A stretch of DNA of 63,567 nt, counting the filler, from Octopus bimaculoides (taxonomy: Eukaryota): the NCBI RefSeq assembly GCF_001194135.2. It is 8 parts of 6 records of this genome, joined end to end, with 100 filler letters (N's around TTAATTAATTAA, not from the genome) between each part and the next. Parts side by side here need not be neighbours in the genome. Positions count along the whole stretch, not along the records: positions 60,896 to 63,567 come from NW_026345016.1; 7 more parts are not named here. The stretch is one strand, 5' to 3'. The notes below the pieces were generated by a model. The model saw only the letters and a list, made by a program, of their open reading frames with translations. It had not been told where the DNA came from and ran no database searches. Positions 63,050 to 63,567 of the stretch are shown here, one piece after another (the stretch's first letter is position 1; each line of letters opens with the position of its first letter). The position numbers and the translations under genes are program-made.

Positions 63050-63567
63050 GATGGCATTCCATCTGAGTGCGGGTCGCAGAAATACTCTCGGTTGGTGAGA
63101 GCGCACAGTAAAACTATTTGGAGTGAGAGACCTCCAGCTGTTGTCACAGTATTCTTCTAGGAGAGGGACAGTCTGATGTAAAATATACGATTTCACATGA
63201 TTACTGATCATCTCGCTTCGGCCCGTCACTAGGTACTTATCACAAAAACTCAGAGAGCGGTGCTCACGTTGCACAAGCGTTTATCTCTATTATCCAGTGA
63301 CTTACAGATGTGTCTTATGGCGACCTCATTTGTGATTCCATTTACTGAAAGTCCTCTAGCGATGGAAGAGTGATGGCGTGTCATGACACAAGGATTTGGA
63401 AGATCACAGTAAGTTACGAAGTTTTGTCTGTCACTTTTGCTTCAAACCATGAAGATGGGATTGAATAGTCGACTGAGAGGTCATGGATAGAGAATTAGAA
63501 ATGCCACTGGCGACGAAGCAGCACAAGTAGACGGCAACTATCTGCGAAGATGGAGCAATCACTATAT
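63050..63567 (+). mobile_element. Very degenerate HERO/R2-like RT relic
   Basis: Weak, frameshifted motifs in the expected order: NYLE.., HMITDHL.SAR, VAQAFISI, CLSLLLQTMKM. Confidence 0.35.

Overview
Eukaryotic, AT-rich, repeat-dominated genomic DNA from a gapped short-read style assembly (about 6 kb of N, including seven identical 100-bp spacers of 44 N + TTAATTAATTAA + 44 N). The SINE families and microsatellite style resemble those I know from Octopus genomes; that taxon call is inference. The only host gene I can support is a three-exon internal fragment of codanin-1 (CDAN1; + strand, 55111-55251, 56785-56951, 58638-58719) with GT-AG sites and matching phases, inside a strongly CpG-depleted contig. 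The rest is degenerate mobile DNA: R4/Dong-clade LINEs next to (TAA)n tracts, RTE and HERO LINE pieces, Penelope-like (Naiad-type GIY-YIG) fragments, three PLE-type hammerhead ribozyme motifs, Helitrons (including a 91-bp mini-element), hAT, mariner, maT and rosa relics, a Gypsy integrase fragment, a fold-back MITE, a fold-back tRNA-Thr-like repeat and many tRNA-derived SINEs. No intact transposon ORF, CRISPR array or prokaryotic system is visible. The best leads are the hammerhead-bracketed 2.3-kb cassette at 43220-45530, the recurrent SINE-into-SINE insertion site at 51730-52580 and the tRNA-like fold-back at 2258-3035. Repeat boundaries are approximate and all family assignments come from motif recognition, not database searches.
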